Below are positions 27,568 to 37,893 of a DNA stretch of 64,000 bases, in pieces. The stretch's first letter is position 1. Every line of letters begins with the position of its first letter. The translations under genes were made by a program, and so were the position numbers. Origin of the DNA: Alphaproteobacteria bacterium (GTDB lineage Bacteria; Pseudomonadota; Alphaproteobacteria; SHVZ01); contig SHVZ01000003.1 of the NCBI GenBank assembly GCA_009694025.1, positions 6,608 through 70,607 on the forward strand, written 5' to 3'. The notes below the pieces were generated by a model. The model did no database searches. It worked only from the letters and a program-made list of their open reading frames with translations, and had not been told where the DNA came from.

Positions 27568-30500
27568 ATGCGCGTCACTAGGCGATTCACGACCGAGGGT
27601 CAGGATCCGTTCGCCACCGTCGCGTTCCGGCACACGACCAGCGAGATCCGGAACCCGGACGGCTCCGTCGTCTTTCGCCTGGCCGACATCGAGGTGCCCG
27701 AGGAGTTCTCCCAGGTCGCCGCCGACATCCTCGCGCAGAAGTATTTCCGCAAGGCCGGCATCCCCTCCGCGCTGAAGCCGGTCGAGGAGAACACCGTCCC
27801 CTCCTGGCTTTGGCGCAAGGTGCCGGACGCGGCCGTCCTCTCGGTTCTCGAACCCGAGCAGCGCAACACCTATGAGCGCTCGGCCAAGGCGGTGTTCCGC
27901 CGCCTCGCCGGCACCTGGACCTATTGGGGCTGGAAGGGCGGCTATTTCGACACCGAAGCCGACGCCCGCGCCTTCTACGACGAGCACTGCTACATGCTCG
28001 CGAAGCAGATGGTCGCGCCGAACAGCCCGCAATGGTTCAACACCGGGCTGCACTGGGCCTATGGCATCGACGGTCCGGCCCAGGGCCACTACTACGTCGA
28101 CTTCCAGAGCGGCAGGCTGGTCCAGTCGGAGTCCGCCTACGAGCACCCGCAGCCGCATGCCTGCTTCATCCAGTCGGTTTCCGACGACCTGGTGAACGAG
28201 GGCGGCATCATGGACCTCTGGGTCCGCGAGGCGCGCCTGTTCAAGTACGGCTCCGGCACCGGCTCCAACTTCTCCAAGCTCCGCGGCGACGGCGAGAAGC
28301 TGTCGGGCGGCGGTCGCTCGTCCGGTCTGATGAGCTTCCTCAAGATCGGCGACCGCGCCGCCGGCGCGATCAAGTCCGGCGGCACCACGCGCCGCGCCGC
28401 CAAGATGGTGACGGTCGACATCGACCACCCGGACATCGAGACCTACATCAAGTGGAAGATGGTCGAGGAGCAGAAGGTCGCGGCGCTGGTCTCGGGCTCG
28501 CGGCTTGCCGCCAAGCACCTGAACGAGGTGATGGCCGCCTGCCGCGAAGACGTTTCCGGCGTCGCCGGGGACGATCGCTTCGATGCGAAGAAGAACAAGG
28601 TGCTGAGGCGCGCCATCCTCGTCGCCAGGAAGGCGATGATCCCGGAGAACTACGTCCAGCGGGTGATCCAGTTCGCCAAGCAGGGCTTCGACAAGATCGA
28701 GTTCCCGACCTACGACACCGACTGGGATTCCGACGCCTACCTCACCGTCTCCGGCCAGAACTCCAACAACTCCGTCCGGCTGACCAACGCCTTCTTCGAT
28801 GCCGTTCTCGCCGACGCCAAGTGGAAGCTGATCCGACGCACCGACGGCAAGGTCGCGAAGGAGCCGAAGGCGCGCGAGCTCTGGGACCTGATCGGCGAGG
28901 CGGCCTGGGCCTGCGCCGACCCCGGCGTGCAGTACGACACCACGATCAACGAGTGGCACACTTGCCCGGCTTCCGGGCGCATCAACGCGTCCAACCCGTG
29001 CTCCGAGTACATGTTCCTGGACGACACCGCCTGCAACCTCGCGTCCATGAACCTTTTGACCTTCCGGCGCGCCGACGGCGGCTTCGACGTCGAGGCCTAC
29101 GAGCATGTGACGCGGCTCTGGACGGTCGTCCTCGAGATCTCCGTGATGATGGCCCAGTTCCCGTCGAAGGCCATCGCCGAGCTCTCCTACGAGTTCCGCA
29201 CGCTTGGCCTCGGCTACGCCAATATCGGCGGCCTCCTGATGGCGTCGGGCATCCCGTACGATTCCGACGAGGGCCGGTCGTACTGCGGCGCGCTCACCGC
29301 GATCATGACCGGCGTCGCCTATGCCACGTCCGCCGAGATGGCGGGCGAGCTCGGCACCTTCCCGGGCTATGCCGGAAACCGCGAGCACATGCTCCGGGTC
29401 ATCCGCAACCACCGCCGCGCCGCCTATGGCGAGACCGACGGCTACGAGAACCTGGCGATCAAGCCGGTGCCGCTCGACGCCGAGAGCTGCCCGGACGCCG
29501 GCCTGATTCAGGCCGCCAGGCGCGCCTGGGACGAGGCGCTGCGCCTGGGCGAGATACACGGCTACCGGAACGCCCAGGCGAGCGTCGTCGCGCCGACCGG
29601 AACCATCGGTCTGGTCATGGACTGCGACACCACCGGGATCGAGCCGGACTTCGCGCTGGTCAAGTTCAAGAAGCTCGCCGGCGGCGGCTACTTCAAGATC
29701 ATCAACCGGTTGGTGCCGGACGCGCTCAGGACCCTGGGCTATTCCGAAAACCAGATCGACGAGATCGTCAACTATGCCGTCGGCCACGGCACGCTCAAGA
29801 ACGCGCCGGGCGTCGACCATCAGGCGCTCCGCGCCCGCGGATTCACCTCCGAGGCGCTGACCGCGCTCGAGGCGTCGCTCGGATCGGCCTTCGACGTCAA
29901 GTTCGCCTTCAACAAGTGGACGCTGGGCGAGGACTTCTGCCGGGGCGAGCTCAAGATTCCGGCGGACAAGCTGGACGGGCCGGGCTTCGATCTCCTGGTT
30001 TGGCTCGGCTTCAGCCGGCAGGAAATCGAGGCCGCGAACACCTACTGCTGCGGCGCCATGACGGTCGAGGGCGCGCCCTATCTCAAGACCGAGCATCTCG
30101 CCGTCTTCGATTGCGCCAATCCCTGCGGGCGCATCGGCACCCGGGCGCTCTCGGTCGAAAGCCACATCCGGATGATGGCGGCCTCCCAGCCGTTCATCTC
30201 CGGTGCCATCTCCAAGACCATCAACATGCCGAATCTGGCGACGGTCGAGGACTGCAAGAACGCCTACATGCTGTCGTGGCGGCTCGGCTTGAAGGCCAAC
30301 GCGCTCTACCGCGACGGCTCCAAGCTCTCCCAGCCGCTGTCGGCCTCGCTGATCGACGATGTGGATGCGATCGACGAGATCGCCGATGCCGCGCCGGCCG
30401 AGCGGGCGCCGATGGTCGCCGAGAGGATCGTCGAACGGATCATCGAACGGGTCGCCTCCCGCCAACGCCTGCCGCAGCGCCGCAAGGGCTACACCCAGAA

Positions 30501-31245
30501 GGCCAGCGTCGGCGGCCACAAGGTCTATCTTCGGACCGGCGAGTACGATGATGGCAAGGTCGGCGAGATCTTCATCGACATGCACAAGGAAGGGGCGGCG
30601 CTCCGCTCCTGGGTCAACAACTTCGCCATCGCCATCTCGATCGGGCTCCAATACGGCGTGCCGCTGGAGGAGTTCGTCGAGGCCTTCACCTTCACCCGCT
30701 TCGAGCCGTCCGGCCCGGTCGAGGGCAACGAGGCGATCAAGATGTCGACCTCGATCCTCGACTACATCTTCCGCGAGCTCGCCATCAGCTACCTCGACCG
30801 CACCGATCTGGCGCATGTGCAGCCCGACGATCTTCTGCCGGGCGCCATCGGGTCGGGCGGGCAGGAGAGCGCGCTGCCGAGGGCCGAGCCCAAGATCCCG
30901 GTCGAGAAGGTGAGCCGGGGCTTCGTTCGCACCAACCTCGTCGTCTTCCGCGGCGGTGCCGCCTCCGGCGGCGACAATCGCTCGCAGGTGATCCACACCC
31001 ATGGTGCGACCGCTCAGGGCAACGGTGCCGGCCTCGCCGTCCATAGCTTCGCCCAGGGCGCGACCGCGCTCGCGGTCGAGCCCGAGGTGATGGCGGCGGT
31101 CGACGCCAAGTTCGCCCGCCGCCGCGAGGCGAAGCTCAAAGGCTACGAGGGTGATTCCTGCGGCGAGTGCGGCAACTTCACGCTGGTGCGCAATGGCACC
31201 TGCCTGAAATGCGACAGCTGCGGGTCGACCACCGGCTGCAGCTGA
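27568..31245 (+). CDS. nrdJ: adenosylcobalamin-dependent ribonucleoside-diphosphate reductase (class II RNR)
   Basis: 1225 aa with a C-terminal CGECGNF...[14 protein letters not shown] redox tail and a class II RNR core. Confidence 0.9.
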   Translation: MRVTRRFTTEGQDPFATVAFRHTTSEIRNPDGSVVFRLADIEVPEEFSQVAADILAQKYFRKAGIPSALKPVEENTVPSWLWRKVPDAAVLSVLEPEQRNTYERSAKAVFRRLAGTWTYWGWKGGYFDTEADARAFYDEHCYMLAKQMVAPNSPQWFNTGLHWAYGIDGPAQGHYYVDFQSGRLVQSESAYEHPQPHACFIQSVSDDLVNEGGIMDLWVREARLFKYGSGTGSNFSKLRGDGEKLSGGGRSSGLMSFLKIGDRAAGAIKSGGTTRRAAKMVTVDIDHPDIETYIKWKMVEEQKVAALVSGSRLAAKHLNEVMAACREDVSGVAGDDRFDAKKNKVLRRAILVARKAMIPENYVQRVIQFAKQGFDKIEFPTYDTDWDSDAYLTVSGQNSNNSVRLTNAFFDAVLADAKWKLIRRTDGKVAKEPKARELWDLIGEAAWACADPGVQYDTTINEWHTCPASGRINASNPCSEYMFLDDTACNLASMNLLTFRRADGGFDVEAYEHVTRLWTVVLEISVMMAQFPSKAIAELSYEFRTLGLGYANIGGLLMASGIPYDSDEGRSYCGALTAIMTGVAYATSAEMAGELGTFPGYAGNREHMLRVIRNHRRAAYGETDGYENLAIKPVPLDAESCPDAGLIQAARRAWDEALRLGEIHGYRNAQASVVAPTGTIGLVMDCDTTGIEPDFALVKFKKLAGGGYFKIINRLVPDALRTLGYSENQIDEIVNYAVGHGTLKNAPGVDHQALRARGFTSEALTALEASLGSAFDVKFAFNKWTLGEDFCRGELKIPADKLDGPGFDLLVWLGFSRQEIEAANTYCCGAMTVEGAPYLKTEHLAVFDCANPCGRIGTRALSVESHIRMMAASQPFISGAISKTINMPNLATVEDCKNAYMLSWRLGLKANALYRDGSKLSQPLSASLIDDVDAIDEIADAAPAERAPMVAERIVERIIERVASRQRLPQRRKGYTQKASVGGHKVYLRTGEYDDGKVGEIFIDMHKEGAALRSWVNNFAIAISIGLQYGVPLEEFVEAFTFTRFEPSGPVEGNEAIKMSTSILDYIFRELAISYLDRTDLAHVQPDDLLPGAIGSGGQESALPRAEPKIPVEKVSRGFVRTNLVVFRGGAASGGDNRSQVIHTHGATAQGNGAGLAVHSFAQGATALAVEPEVMAAVDAKFARRREAKLKGYEGDSCGECGNFTLVRNGTCLKCDSCGSTTGCS

Positions 31246-31261
31246 CGCGGCGGCGGCGGGG

Positions 31262-31753
31262 CTAGCCGGCGCGCTCCAGGTGAAGGTGGCAACAGCCGGC
31301 CTTGCCCTCGGTCCAGGTGTCGGCCGAGAACGCGATGCCGCGGCCGCCGAAGACGCCGTTGTCGAAATGGCCGGCAATCCTGCAGATCGTCGCCATGTCG
31401 GCGGGCGGCAGCTTCGCCTCCTCCCAGGCCTCCTTGAGCGGGCAGGCTTTCACCTGGATATGAACGCCGCCCTTGTCGTCGCGGCGGACATCGGTCGGGA
31501 AGAGCCGGCCTTCGGCCGGTGAAACCGCGAGGAAGCGCTCGGCGATCGCCCGGGGATCGGCGGCGACGCCGCGGAAGAGAGCGTCGCCCGCCTCTCGGCC
31601 CCGCCGTTCGATGGCGTGGGCCAGCAGCTTCCCGGCCTTCTCCGCGCCCAGCTCCGTGCGGAGCTCGGCGTAGATCGCCCAGTAGATCAGCGCGCGGTTC
31701 TTGAAGGCGTCCTTGAGCTCGCGCTCGAGTTGCCCGGCGCTTCCCTCCGTCAC
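31262..31753 (-). CDS. L-2-amino-thiazoline-4-carboxylic acid hydrolase (ATC hydrolase)-family protein
   Basis: The LERELKDAFKNRALIYWAIYAELRTELGAEKA region resembles the ATC_hydrolase family. Its GTG start overlaps the stop of the upstream aminotransferase. Confidence 0.5.
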   Translation of the reverse strand: MTEGSAGQLERELKDAFKNRALIYWAIYAELRTELGAEKAGKLLAHAIERRGREAGDALFRGVAADPRAIAERFLAVSPAEGRLFPTDVRRDDKGGVHIQVKACPLKEAWEEAKLPPADMATICRIAGHFDNGVFGGRGIAFSADTWTEGKAGCCHLHLERAG

Positions 31754-33144
31754 CGGATGTCGCCCTCGTCCTTCAGGAGCTTGAGGGTCGCGCGGAAGGC
31801 CTCGGCGGTGCGCTCGAGGTCGGCATCGACATGGACCGCCGACATGACGCCGCCCGGGCTGCCGTTCAGGTCGACGCCGTTGACGAACATGCCGAGCCGG
31901 ATCTTGTGGTTGATGTTGGCGCTCCACGCGCCCTTCAGCTCCTCGGGATCGGTCGTGAGCGCATCGAAACTCTTGGGATCGATGGCGCGCCGCTTCGGGT
32001 TGGTGAAGATGTGGAAGCCGGCGAAAGTGCCGAAGGCAGCCCAGGGCACACCTTCGGAGGCGATCACCTCGTTCAGGAGCCCGCGGAGCCGCTGGGCCGA
32101 CGCGTTGGCGCGCTTGCAGGCATCCGTCGTCTTGATGATCTTGAGCGCGGCGATGCCGGCAGCGGCCGAGATCGGGTTGGCGTTATAGGTGCCGGGATGC
32201 TGGATCTTCTCGACGCCCCTGGCCTTGGTCTGGGCGAAGTCCAGCAGCTCGAGGATGTCCTTGCGGCCGACGATGGCGCCGCCAGGGAGCCCGCCGGCCA
32301 GGATCTTGGCGAGCGAGGTCATGTCGGGCGTGACGCCGAACTCGGCCTGGGCGCCGCCGGGGGAGACGCGGAAGCCCGTCACCACCTCGTCGAAGATCAG
32401 GATGATCCCCCTCTCCTTGGTGATCTTGCGAAGGAAGGTGAGGAAGGAGGGCTTCACCGGCACGCGCCCGAAGCTGGCGCCGGTCGGCTCCAGGATCACC
32501 GCGGCGATATCCTGGTTCGCCTCGATCGCCGAGCGGGTGCCCGCCTCGTCGTTGGCGGTCGCCAGGACCACCTGATCGGCGACGCCCTTGACCACGCCGG
32601 TCGTCGGCGAGCCGTCGAAGTGGTTGGCCATGCCCGAGGTCATGTGGTCGTGCCAGCCATGAAAATGCATCTTGAAGCGCAGGACCTTCGACCGCCCGGT
32701 GAAGGCGCGCGCCAGGCGGACGCCCATCAGCGTCGCCTCGGTGCCCGAGGAGGTGAAGCGGACGCGCTCGGCCGACGGCACCATCTCGCGTATCAGCTCG
32801 GCCCAGCGCACCTCGAGCGGGTGGCTGGCGCCGTAGTGGCTGCCCTTGGCGACCTGCTCCTGGACCGCGGCCGTCACCTCCGGGTGGTTGTGGCCGAGGA
32901 GGAGGGCGCCGTGGCCGCCGAAATAGTCGACGTAGTCGTTGCCGTCGACGTCCCATTTATGCGCGCCCTGGGCGCGATCGACATAGAGCGCATAGGGCTC
33001 GAGATAGCGGGAATCGTGGGTGAGGCCGGACGGGAAGAGGTCGGCGGCTTCCTTCGCCAGCTTGGCCGAGCCCGGGGTCTTCTCGCGGTAGCGCGAGACG
33101 ATCAGGGAATTGCTGAGCCACTGCGCCGGGGACTGGTCGGGCAT
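31750..33144 (-). CDS. class III (aspartate-aminotransferase-family) PLP aminotransferase, glutamate-1-semialdehyde aminomutase-like
   Basis: 464 aa from the ATG at 33144, which has a GGAGAGGG RBS. Typical class III fold motifs (SGTEA, DEV..GFR). Confidence 0.75.
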   Translation of the reverse strand: MPDQSPAQWLSNSLIVSRYREKTPGSAKLAKEAADLFPSGLTHDSRYLEPYALYVDRAQGAHKWDVDGNDYVDYFGGHGALLLGHNHPEVTAAVQEQVAKGSHYGASHPLEVRWAELIREMVPSAERVRFTSSGTEATLMGVRLARAFTGRSKVLRFKMHFHGWHDHMTSGMANHFDGSPTTGVVKGVADQVVLATANDEAGTRSAIEANQDIAAVILEPTGASFGRVPVKPSFLTFLRKITKERGIILIFDEVVTGFRVSPGGAQAEFGVTPDMTSLAKILAGGLPGGAIVGRKDILELLDFAQTKARGVEKIQHPGTYNANPISAAAGIAALKIIKTTDACKRANASAQRLRGLLNEVIASEGVPWAAFGTFAGFHIFTNPKRRAIDPKSFDALTTDPEELKGAWSANINHKIRLGMFVNGVDLNGSPGGVMSAVHVDADLERTAEAFRATLKLLKDEGDIR

Positions 33145-33369
33145 CGCCCTCTCCGTAGGTTTGTGTCGGATCGGAAATATTGCAAGGTCTGGGCGGAGGC
33201 TAGTGCCTCGCGGGAGGCAAGGCAACCTTGGCGCTACACCCGTAAAAGCGTGAGAAAATCCGCGTGGCGCCGGCGATCCGACCAGCGGCTGCCGGGCGCC
33301 AGCGTCGAAATGCGCCTCGCCGCCGCCGTCGTTCATCCCTATATGTACTCTTCAGCACAAGGGGTACGC

Positions 33370-33783
33370 ATGTCCCAGATCGTTGACGGTTTTGAGCTCA
33401 AATTCGTTAGCCGCGTCCGCAAGGCCGAGCGGCGTCAGAACGGCCGATTGATCGATACCATTCCGGTCACCTGGGCGAAGACCTGGCGGCAGGCGCCGCC
33501 GGTCAGGCCCACGGCAGCCCCCAAAGGGTCCAAGGTCGTTGCCGCGCCGAAAGAGATCTTCCTCGAAGTCTGGTACCACGACGCGGCCGAGATGGAGGCC
33601 CGCAAGGCCGATTCCGCGCCCTTCGTCGTGGCGCTCGCCTCGACGCAGAGCGCCGAGGGAAAGCCCGACAAGTTCTCGGAATTCCGCGGCGTCTTCGAGG
33701 TGACCGCGACCGGCGAGGTTCTCAGCCCGAACAGCCTGGAATCCAAGGTCATCCGTCGGGCGAAGCCCGCCGCCGAGGCGTGA
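33370..33783 (+). CDS. hypothetical protein
   Basis: A 137-aa ORF with an AAGGGG RBS and no recognisable family. Confidence 0.4.
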   Translation: MSQIVDGFELKFVSRVRKAERRQNGRLIDTIPVTWAKTWRQAPPVRPTAAPKGSKVVAAPKEIFLEVWYHDAAEMEARKADSAPFVVALASTQSAEGKPDKFSEFRGVFEVTATGEVLSPNSLESKVIRRAKPAAEA

Positions 33784-33888
33784 GCGGCAAGAGGCCGTCG
33801 CCGGCTCCGACAGCCGCCCGACGGACGGATGCCGTGAGGTGAAAGCCGCCGCGGCGATCGGCGCGGCGCCAACAAGGTGTGGAGAAAG

Positions 33889-34245
33889 ATGGGCGGGTTC
33901 AAGGAAAAGACCTTCGGCGAAAGACTGAAGGCGGCGGAAGATGCCAAGAAGAAGGCGCTGGCGAAGTTTCGATCTCAGCCGGGTCCGGACGATCCCGCGG
34001 TCATCGCGCGCCAGGCGGCCCGGCAAACGATCAGCGCCTCGCGCGAGGCCCGCACTGCCGAGCGCAGCGCGACCCGCGAGGCGCAGAAGGTGCGCGAGGC
34101 CGTCGAGCGGGCGGCCAGGGACGCTGAGCAGGCGGCCCGAGACGCCGAGGAGGCCGCCAGGAAGTCGGCCGACGAGGCCGCGGCCGAGATCCAGCGCAAG
34201 GCGGCGCGCGATGCGCGCTACGCCGCGCGCAAGGCCAGGAAGTGA
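33889..34245 (+). CDS. hypothetical highly charged Ala/Arg/Glu-rich helical protein
   Basis: Repeated AARDAEQAARDAEEAARK-like motifs; 118 aa. Confidence 0.45.
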   Translation: MGGFKEKTFGERLKAAEDAKKKALAKFRSQPGPDDPAVIARQAARQTISASREARTAERSATREAQKVREAVERAARDAEQAARDAEEAARKSADEAAAEIQRKAARDARYAARKARK

Positions 34246-34556
34246 CGGGCGCCGCGCCGCCAGACGAGGTCACGCGCTACGATTGCCAGAGCTGCGGCGC
34301 CTGCTGTTCTTATTCGCGCGATTGGCCGCGTCTGACCTTGGAGGACGATGCCGCCATCGCGCGCATCTCCGCCGAGTTCCGCGACGACGATTCCGGACGG
34401 ATGCGATGCGAGGGCGATCGCTGCGCGGCGCTCGTCGGTACGGTCGGCGTGTCGACGTCGTGTGCGATCTACGCGGTACGGCCCGAGGTCTGCCGGGCCT
34501 GCCTGCCCGGCGACGACGCCTGCAGGATCGCGCGCGAGCGCTTCGGCCTCGGCTGA
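34242..34556 (+). CDS. YkgJ-family cysteine-cluster protein (second paralogue in the window)
   Basis: CQSCGACC plus C.IY..RP..CR motifs. Its start overlaps the stop of the preceding ORF. Confidence 0.65.
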   Translation: MTGAAPPDEVTRYDCQSCGACCSYSRDWPRLTLEDDAAIARISAEFRDDDSGRMRCEGDRCAALVGTVGVSTSCAIYAVRPEVCRACLPGDDACRIARERFGLG

Positions 34557-34599
34557 CTTAAGCGCTCCCGGAAAACCGGACAGGGAAACGCGAAGCGCC

Positions 34600-34605
34600 T
34601 ATAAT
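34600..34605 (+). promoter_or_regulatory. candidate -10 element (TATAAT) upstream of the 43-aa small ORF
   Basis: A perfect TATAAT lies about 100 nt upstream of the ATG at 34704; the -35 element is weak. Confidence 0.25.
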
Positions 34606-34703
34606 CGACCGGCGTTGCGCCGGCGTGAGCCGACGCCACGGCGAAGACGAGGCATGTCGACACCCGCTTCGCGCCTCGCGAGGCCCACCCGAGGAGAACG
34701 ACG

Positions 34704-34835
34704 ATGGCCAAAGGCCAGCAGCGCGGCAATCGCGAAGCCAAGAAGCCGAAGCAGAATAAGGTCAAGACCAAGGGCGCGGCGGCCGCGTCGCCGTTCGCGG
34801 CGCCTAAGGGCGCGCCGGCCGGCAAGAAGAAGTAG
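34704..34835 (+). CDS. small 43-aa lysine-rich protein (not in the ORF track)
   Basis: GAGGAG RBS 7 nt upstream of the ATG. It translates to MAKGQQRGNREAKKPKQNKVKTKGAAAASPFAAPKGAPAGKKK. Confidence 0.5.
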   Translation: MAKGQQRGNREAKKPKQNKVKTKGAAAASPFAAPKGAPAGKKK

Positions 34836-34854
34836 CGCCGGCGTCAGGGGCCTC

Positions 34855-35742
34855 TCAGCTCCCGCCTTTCAGCCACCCCGGCCGCTCATAGGCCGGGTCG
34901 GGATAGTCGTAGAAGCCCTTGCCGCTGACGAACCCGAGCTCGCCCCGTTCGACCATGGCGACCAGCATGGCGGGCGGGCGGTCGCTCTCGTCGCCGGAGG
35001 CGGCGAAGTATTGCTCTTCGATCTTGAGCACGGTCCTGAGCCCGACCTGGTCCATCAGGCCGAAGGGGCCGTAGGGCGTGCCGAAGGTCAGCATCCAGGC
35101 GCGGTCGATGTCCTCCGGGTCGCCGTAGCCCCGGTCGACCTGGTGCAGGACCTCCTTCTTGATCGCCCGCCACAGGCGGTTGAACGAATAGCCCATGTTC
35201 TCGCGGCGGGTCAGGATCGGCACCATGCCGATCGCCCCGGCCCAGGCGCGCGCGAAGGCGATGGCCTCCGGCGCGGTCTCCGGTCCACCCATGATCTCGA
35301 CCAGGCCTTGGGCCCGGGGGTCGGTGAAGTTCATGTTGAAGAAACGCGCCGGCCGGCCCGACGCCTCGGCGAGCGGCGAGCACAAGAGCGACGAGGTGTT
35401 GGAGCCCATATAGGCGCCGCCCTCGAGGCGCCGGCCAACATCGGCGTGCAGGCGCAGCTTGAGATCGAGATCCTCCGGCACGTTCTCGAAGGCGAGCTGC
35501 GCCCCGGCGAGCGCTTCCTCGAGGGTCGCCGTCGCCGTGAGGCACCTTTCCAGCACGGCCCGTTCCTCGCCCTCGCTCCAGCTCCGGATGAGGGCCAGCG
35601 ACTTGTCGAGCTGGGCCGCCGAGGTGTCGAAGGCCCGGGTCGGGATGCCGGCGCGCGCGCAGGCCCAGGCGACCTTGGCGCCCATGACGCCGCAGCCGAT
35701 GATCGCGATCGGCCGGGCGGGGTCGAATGCGGGGAAGACCAT
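34855..35742 (-). CDS. 3-hydroxyacyl-CoA dehydrogenase family protein
   Basis: Rossmann IAIIGCGVMG motif plus an HCDH C-terminal domain. Confidence 0.8.
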   Translation of the reverse strand: MVFPAFDPARPIAIIGCGVMGAKVAWACARAGIPTRAFDTSAAQLDKSLALIRSWSEGEERAVLERCLTATATLEEALAGAQLAFENVPEDLDLKLRLHADVGRRLEGGAYMGSNTSSLLCSPLAEASGRPARFFNMNFTDPRAQGLVEIMGGPETAPEAIAFARAWAGAIGMVPILTRRENMGYSFNRLWRAIKKEVLHQVDRGYGDPEDIDRAWMLTFGTPYGPFGLMDQVGLRTVLKIEEQYFAASGDESDRPPAMLVAMVERGELGFVSGKGFYDYPDPAYERPGWLKGGS

Positions 35743-35793
35743 GGCGGAACCGTCCTGCCGGTTGTCTCTGTCTCTTGACCGAGCCCGGCCCCT

Positions 35794-37350
35794 TTATCTC
35801 TTCAAGATCGAGCCCAGCACGCCGCGCACGATCTGCCGGCCGATGGCGGAGCCGATCGAGGAGCCGACCGAGCGCACCACGCTCTTGACCGCGGTCTCCG
35901 CCAGGGTCTGGCGCGGCCGACCGGCGGGGGCGGCGCGGGGCAGGCGCGCGGTCGGGATCCGCGTGCCCGGCGCCGGCGGCGCCGAGGGCGCGTCCCGCGG
36001 CGTGCCCCAGGGATTGGGAATGCCGATGGCGTCAGCGGCCTTGCCCCAGGGGTTGCCCGAAGGCGGCGGGGTGCCCGCCTTGGCGAGCTGCTCGAAGGCC
36101 GACTCGCGGTCGACCGTCTGGTCGTAGCGCCCGCCGATCGGGCTCATGGCGAGCGCCGCCCGCCGCTCCTCGGGCGTGATTGCGCCGAGCCGCGAGGCCG
36201 GCGGGCGGATCAGCGCGCGGACGACCGGGGTCGGCGTGCCGCGGGCGTCGAGGACCGAGACCAGCGCCTCGCCGATGGCGAGCTCGGAGATGACCTTCTC
36301 GGTGTCGAGGCCGGGGCTCGCCCGGAAGGTCTCCGCGACGGCGCGGACGGTCTTCTGGTCCTTCGGGGTGAAGGCGCGGAGCGCATGCTGGACCCGGTTG
36401 CCGAGCTGGCCCAGCACGCTCTCCGGCAGGTCGAGCGGACTTTGCGTCACGAAGAAGATGCCGACGCCTTTGGAGCGGATCAGGCGCACCACCTGCTCGA
36501 CCTTCTCGATCAGCGCCGCCGGGGCGTCCTTGAACAGGAGATGCGCCTCGTCGAAGAAGAAGACGAGCTTCGGCTTCTCCAGGTCGCCCGCCTCCGGCAG
36601 CGCCTCGAACAGCTCCGACAAGAGCCAGAGGAGGAAGGTGGCGTAGAGCCGTGGGCGCTGGATCAGCTGGTCGGCGGCCAGCACGTTGATGGCGCCGCGC
36701 CCTTGGGAGTCGGTGATCAGGAGATCGTTGAGATCGAGCGCCGGCTCGCCGAAGAAGATGTTCGCCCCCTGCTCCTCGATCTGGAGAAGGGCGCGCTGGA
36801 TGGTGCCGACCGACTGGGTGGAGACCTGGCCGTAGGTCACTCTCAGCGTCTCCGCCTGCTCGGCCACGTGCTGGAGGAGCGCGCGCAGATCCTTCAAGTC
36901 GAGGAGCAGCAGCCCTTCGTCGTCGGCGAGCTTGAAGGCGAGGGCCAGCACGCCCTCCTGCACCTCGTTCAAGCCGAGGAGGCGGGAGAGCAGCAGCGGC
37001 CCGAGCTCGGAGACGGTGGCGCGGAGCGGGTGGCCCTGGGCGGCCAGCAGGTCCCAGAAAAGTACGGGGAAGGCCAGCGGCTTGTAGCCGGCGGGGCCGG
37101 TCGCCTTCGCCCGTTCCATCAGCTTGGGATCGCCGCGGCCGGGCTGGGAGAGGCCGGCGAGGTCGCCCTTCACGTCGGCGACGAAGACCGGAACGCCGGC
37201 GGCCGACAGGCCCTCGGCCAGGCCCTGGAGGGTCGCGGTCTTGCCGGTGCCGGTGGCGCCTGCGATCAGCCCGTGGCGGTTGGCCATCGCCGGCAGCAGC
37301 ACCACCGGCGTCTTCGCCCGCCCGATCAGAATGGCTTCGACCATCGACAT
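35794..37350 (-). CDS. HerA-like P-loop ATPase of the DUF853/YjgR family
   Basis: Walker A GATGTGKT with YjgR-like overall architecture; 518 aa. Confidence 0.7.
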   Translation of the reverse strand: MSMVEAILIGRAKTPVVLLPAMANRHGLIAGATGTGKTATLQGLAEGLSAAGVPVFVADVKGDLAGLSQPGRGDPKLMERAKATGPAGYKPLAFPVLFWDLLAAQGHPLRATVSELGPLLLSRLLGLNEVQEGVLALAFKLADDEGLLLLDLKDLRALLQHVAEQAETLRVTYGQVSTQSVGTIQRALLQIEEQGANIFFGEPALDLNDLLITDSQGRGAINVLAADQLIQRPRLYATFLLWLLSELFEALPEAGDLEKPKLVFFFDEAHLLFKDAPAALIEKVEQVVRLIRSKGVGIFFVTQSPLDLPESVLGQLGNRVQHALRAFTPKDQKTVRAVAETFRASPGLDTEKVISELAIGEALVSVLDARGTPTPVVRALIRPPASRLGAITPEERRAALAMSPIGGRYDQTVDRESAFEQLAKAGTPPPSGNPWGKAADAIGIPNPWGTPRDAPSAPPAPGTRIPTARLPRAAPAGRPRQTLAETAVKSVVRSVGSSIGSAIGRQIVRGVLGSILKR

Positions 37351-37420
37351 CCCCCGCTTTCCCCCGCCGCCTCAAAGCGGATATCGTGCGCGCCCAACTG
37401 TTTCAAGAGGAGCATGGCGC

Positions 37421-37888
37421 ATGTCAGGGCGCATCGAGGCGAGGCTGGAGGAACTGAAGATCGAGCTGCCGAAGGCGGCGGCACCGGCCGCCAACTACAT
37501 CCCGTACACGATTTCGGGGCGCCTGTTGTTCGTCGCCGGGCAGATCCCCGTGCTGAACGGCCAGCTCAAGTATATAGGCACCGTCGGTCAGGACCTCTCG
37601 ATCGAGGACGGCCAGGCCGCCGCCCGGCTCTGCGCGCTCAACCTGATCGCCCAGGCCAAGGCGGCCTGCGGCGGCAACCTCGACAAGGTCGGGCGCGTGC
37701 TGAAGCTCGTGGGCTTCGTGCAGTGCACGGCCGGCTTCAAGGACCACCCGAAGGTGATCAACGGCGCTTCCGACCTGATGGTGCAGGTGTTCGGCGATCT
37801 CGGCCGGCACGCGCGCGTCGCCGTCGGCGCCAACTCCCTTCCGCTCGGCGTCGCCGCCGAGATCGAAGGCACCTTCGAGCTGATATAG
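37421..37888 (+). CDS. RidA/YjgF-family protein
   Basis: 155 aa with a YjgF/chorismate-mutase-like fold signature. RBS AAGAGGAG. Confidence 0.75.
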   Translation: MSGRIEARLEELKIELPKAAAPAANYIPYTISGRLLFVAGQIPVLNGQLKYIGTVGQDLSIEDGQAAARLCALNLIAQAKAACGGNLDKVGRVLKLVGFVQCTAGFKDHPKVINGASDLMVQVFGDLGRHARVAVGANSLPLGVAAEIEGTFELI

Positions 37889-37893
37889 GCGCC

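Noticed and set aside
27150-27570. Cobalamin riboswitch upstream of nrdJ
   Set aside because: No B12-box-like conserved core was found by eye. A B12 riboswitch is not expected on a B12-dependent RNR, and the NrdR boxes explain the regulation better.
27406-31377. 1323-aa ORF antisense to nrdJ, and an 875-aa alternate-frame ORF (27924..30551)
   Set aside because: They overlap a clearly recognisable class II RNR gene. They are low-complexity antisense or alternate-frame artefacts.
35794-37350. HerA-like ATPase as part of an anti-phage defence system
   Set aside because: No partner effector (Sir2, nuclease, DUF4297) is adjacent. The domain organisation matches the widespread housekeeping-type DUF853/YjgR family.
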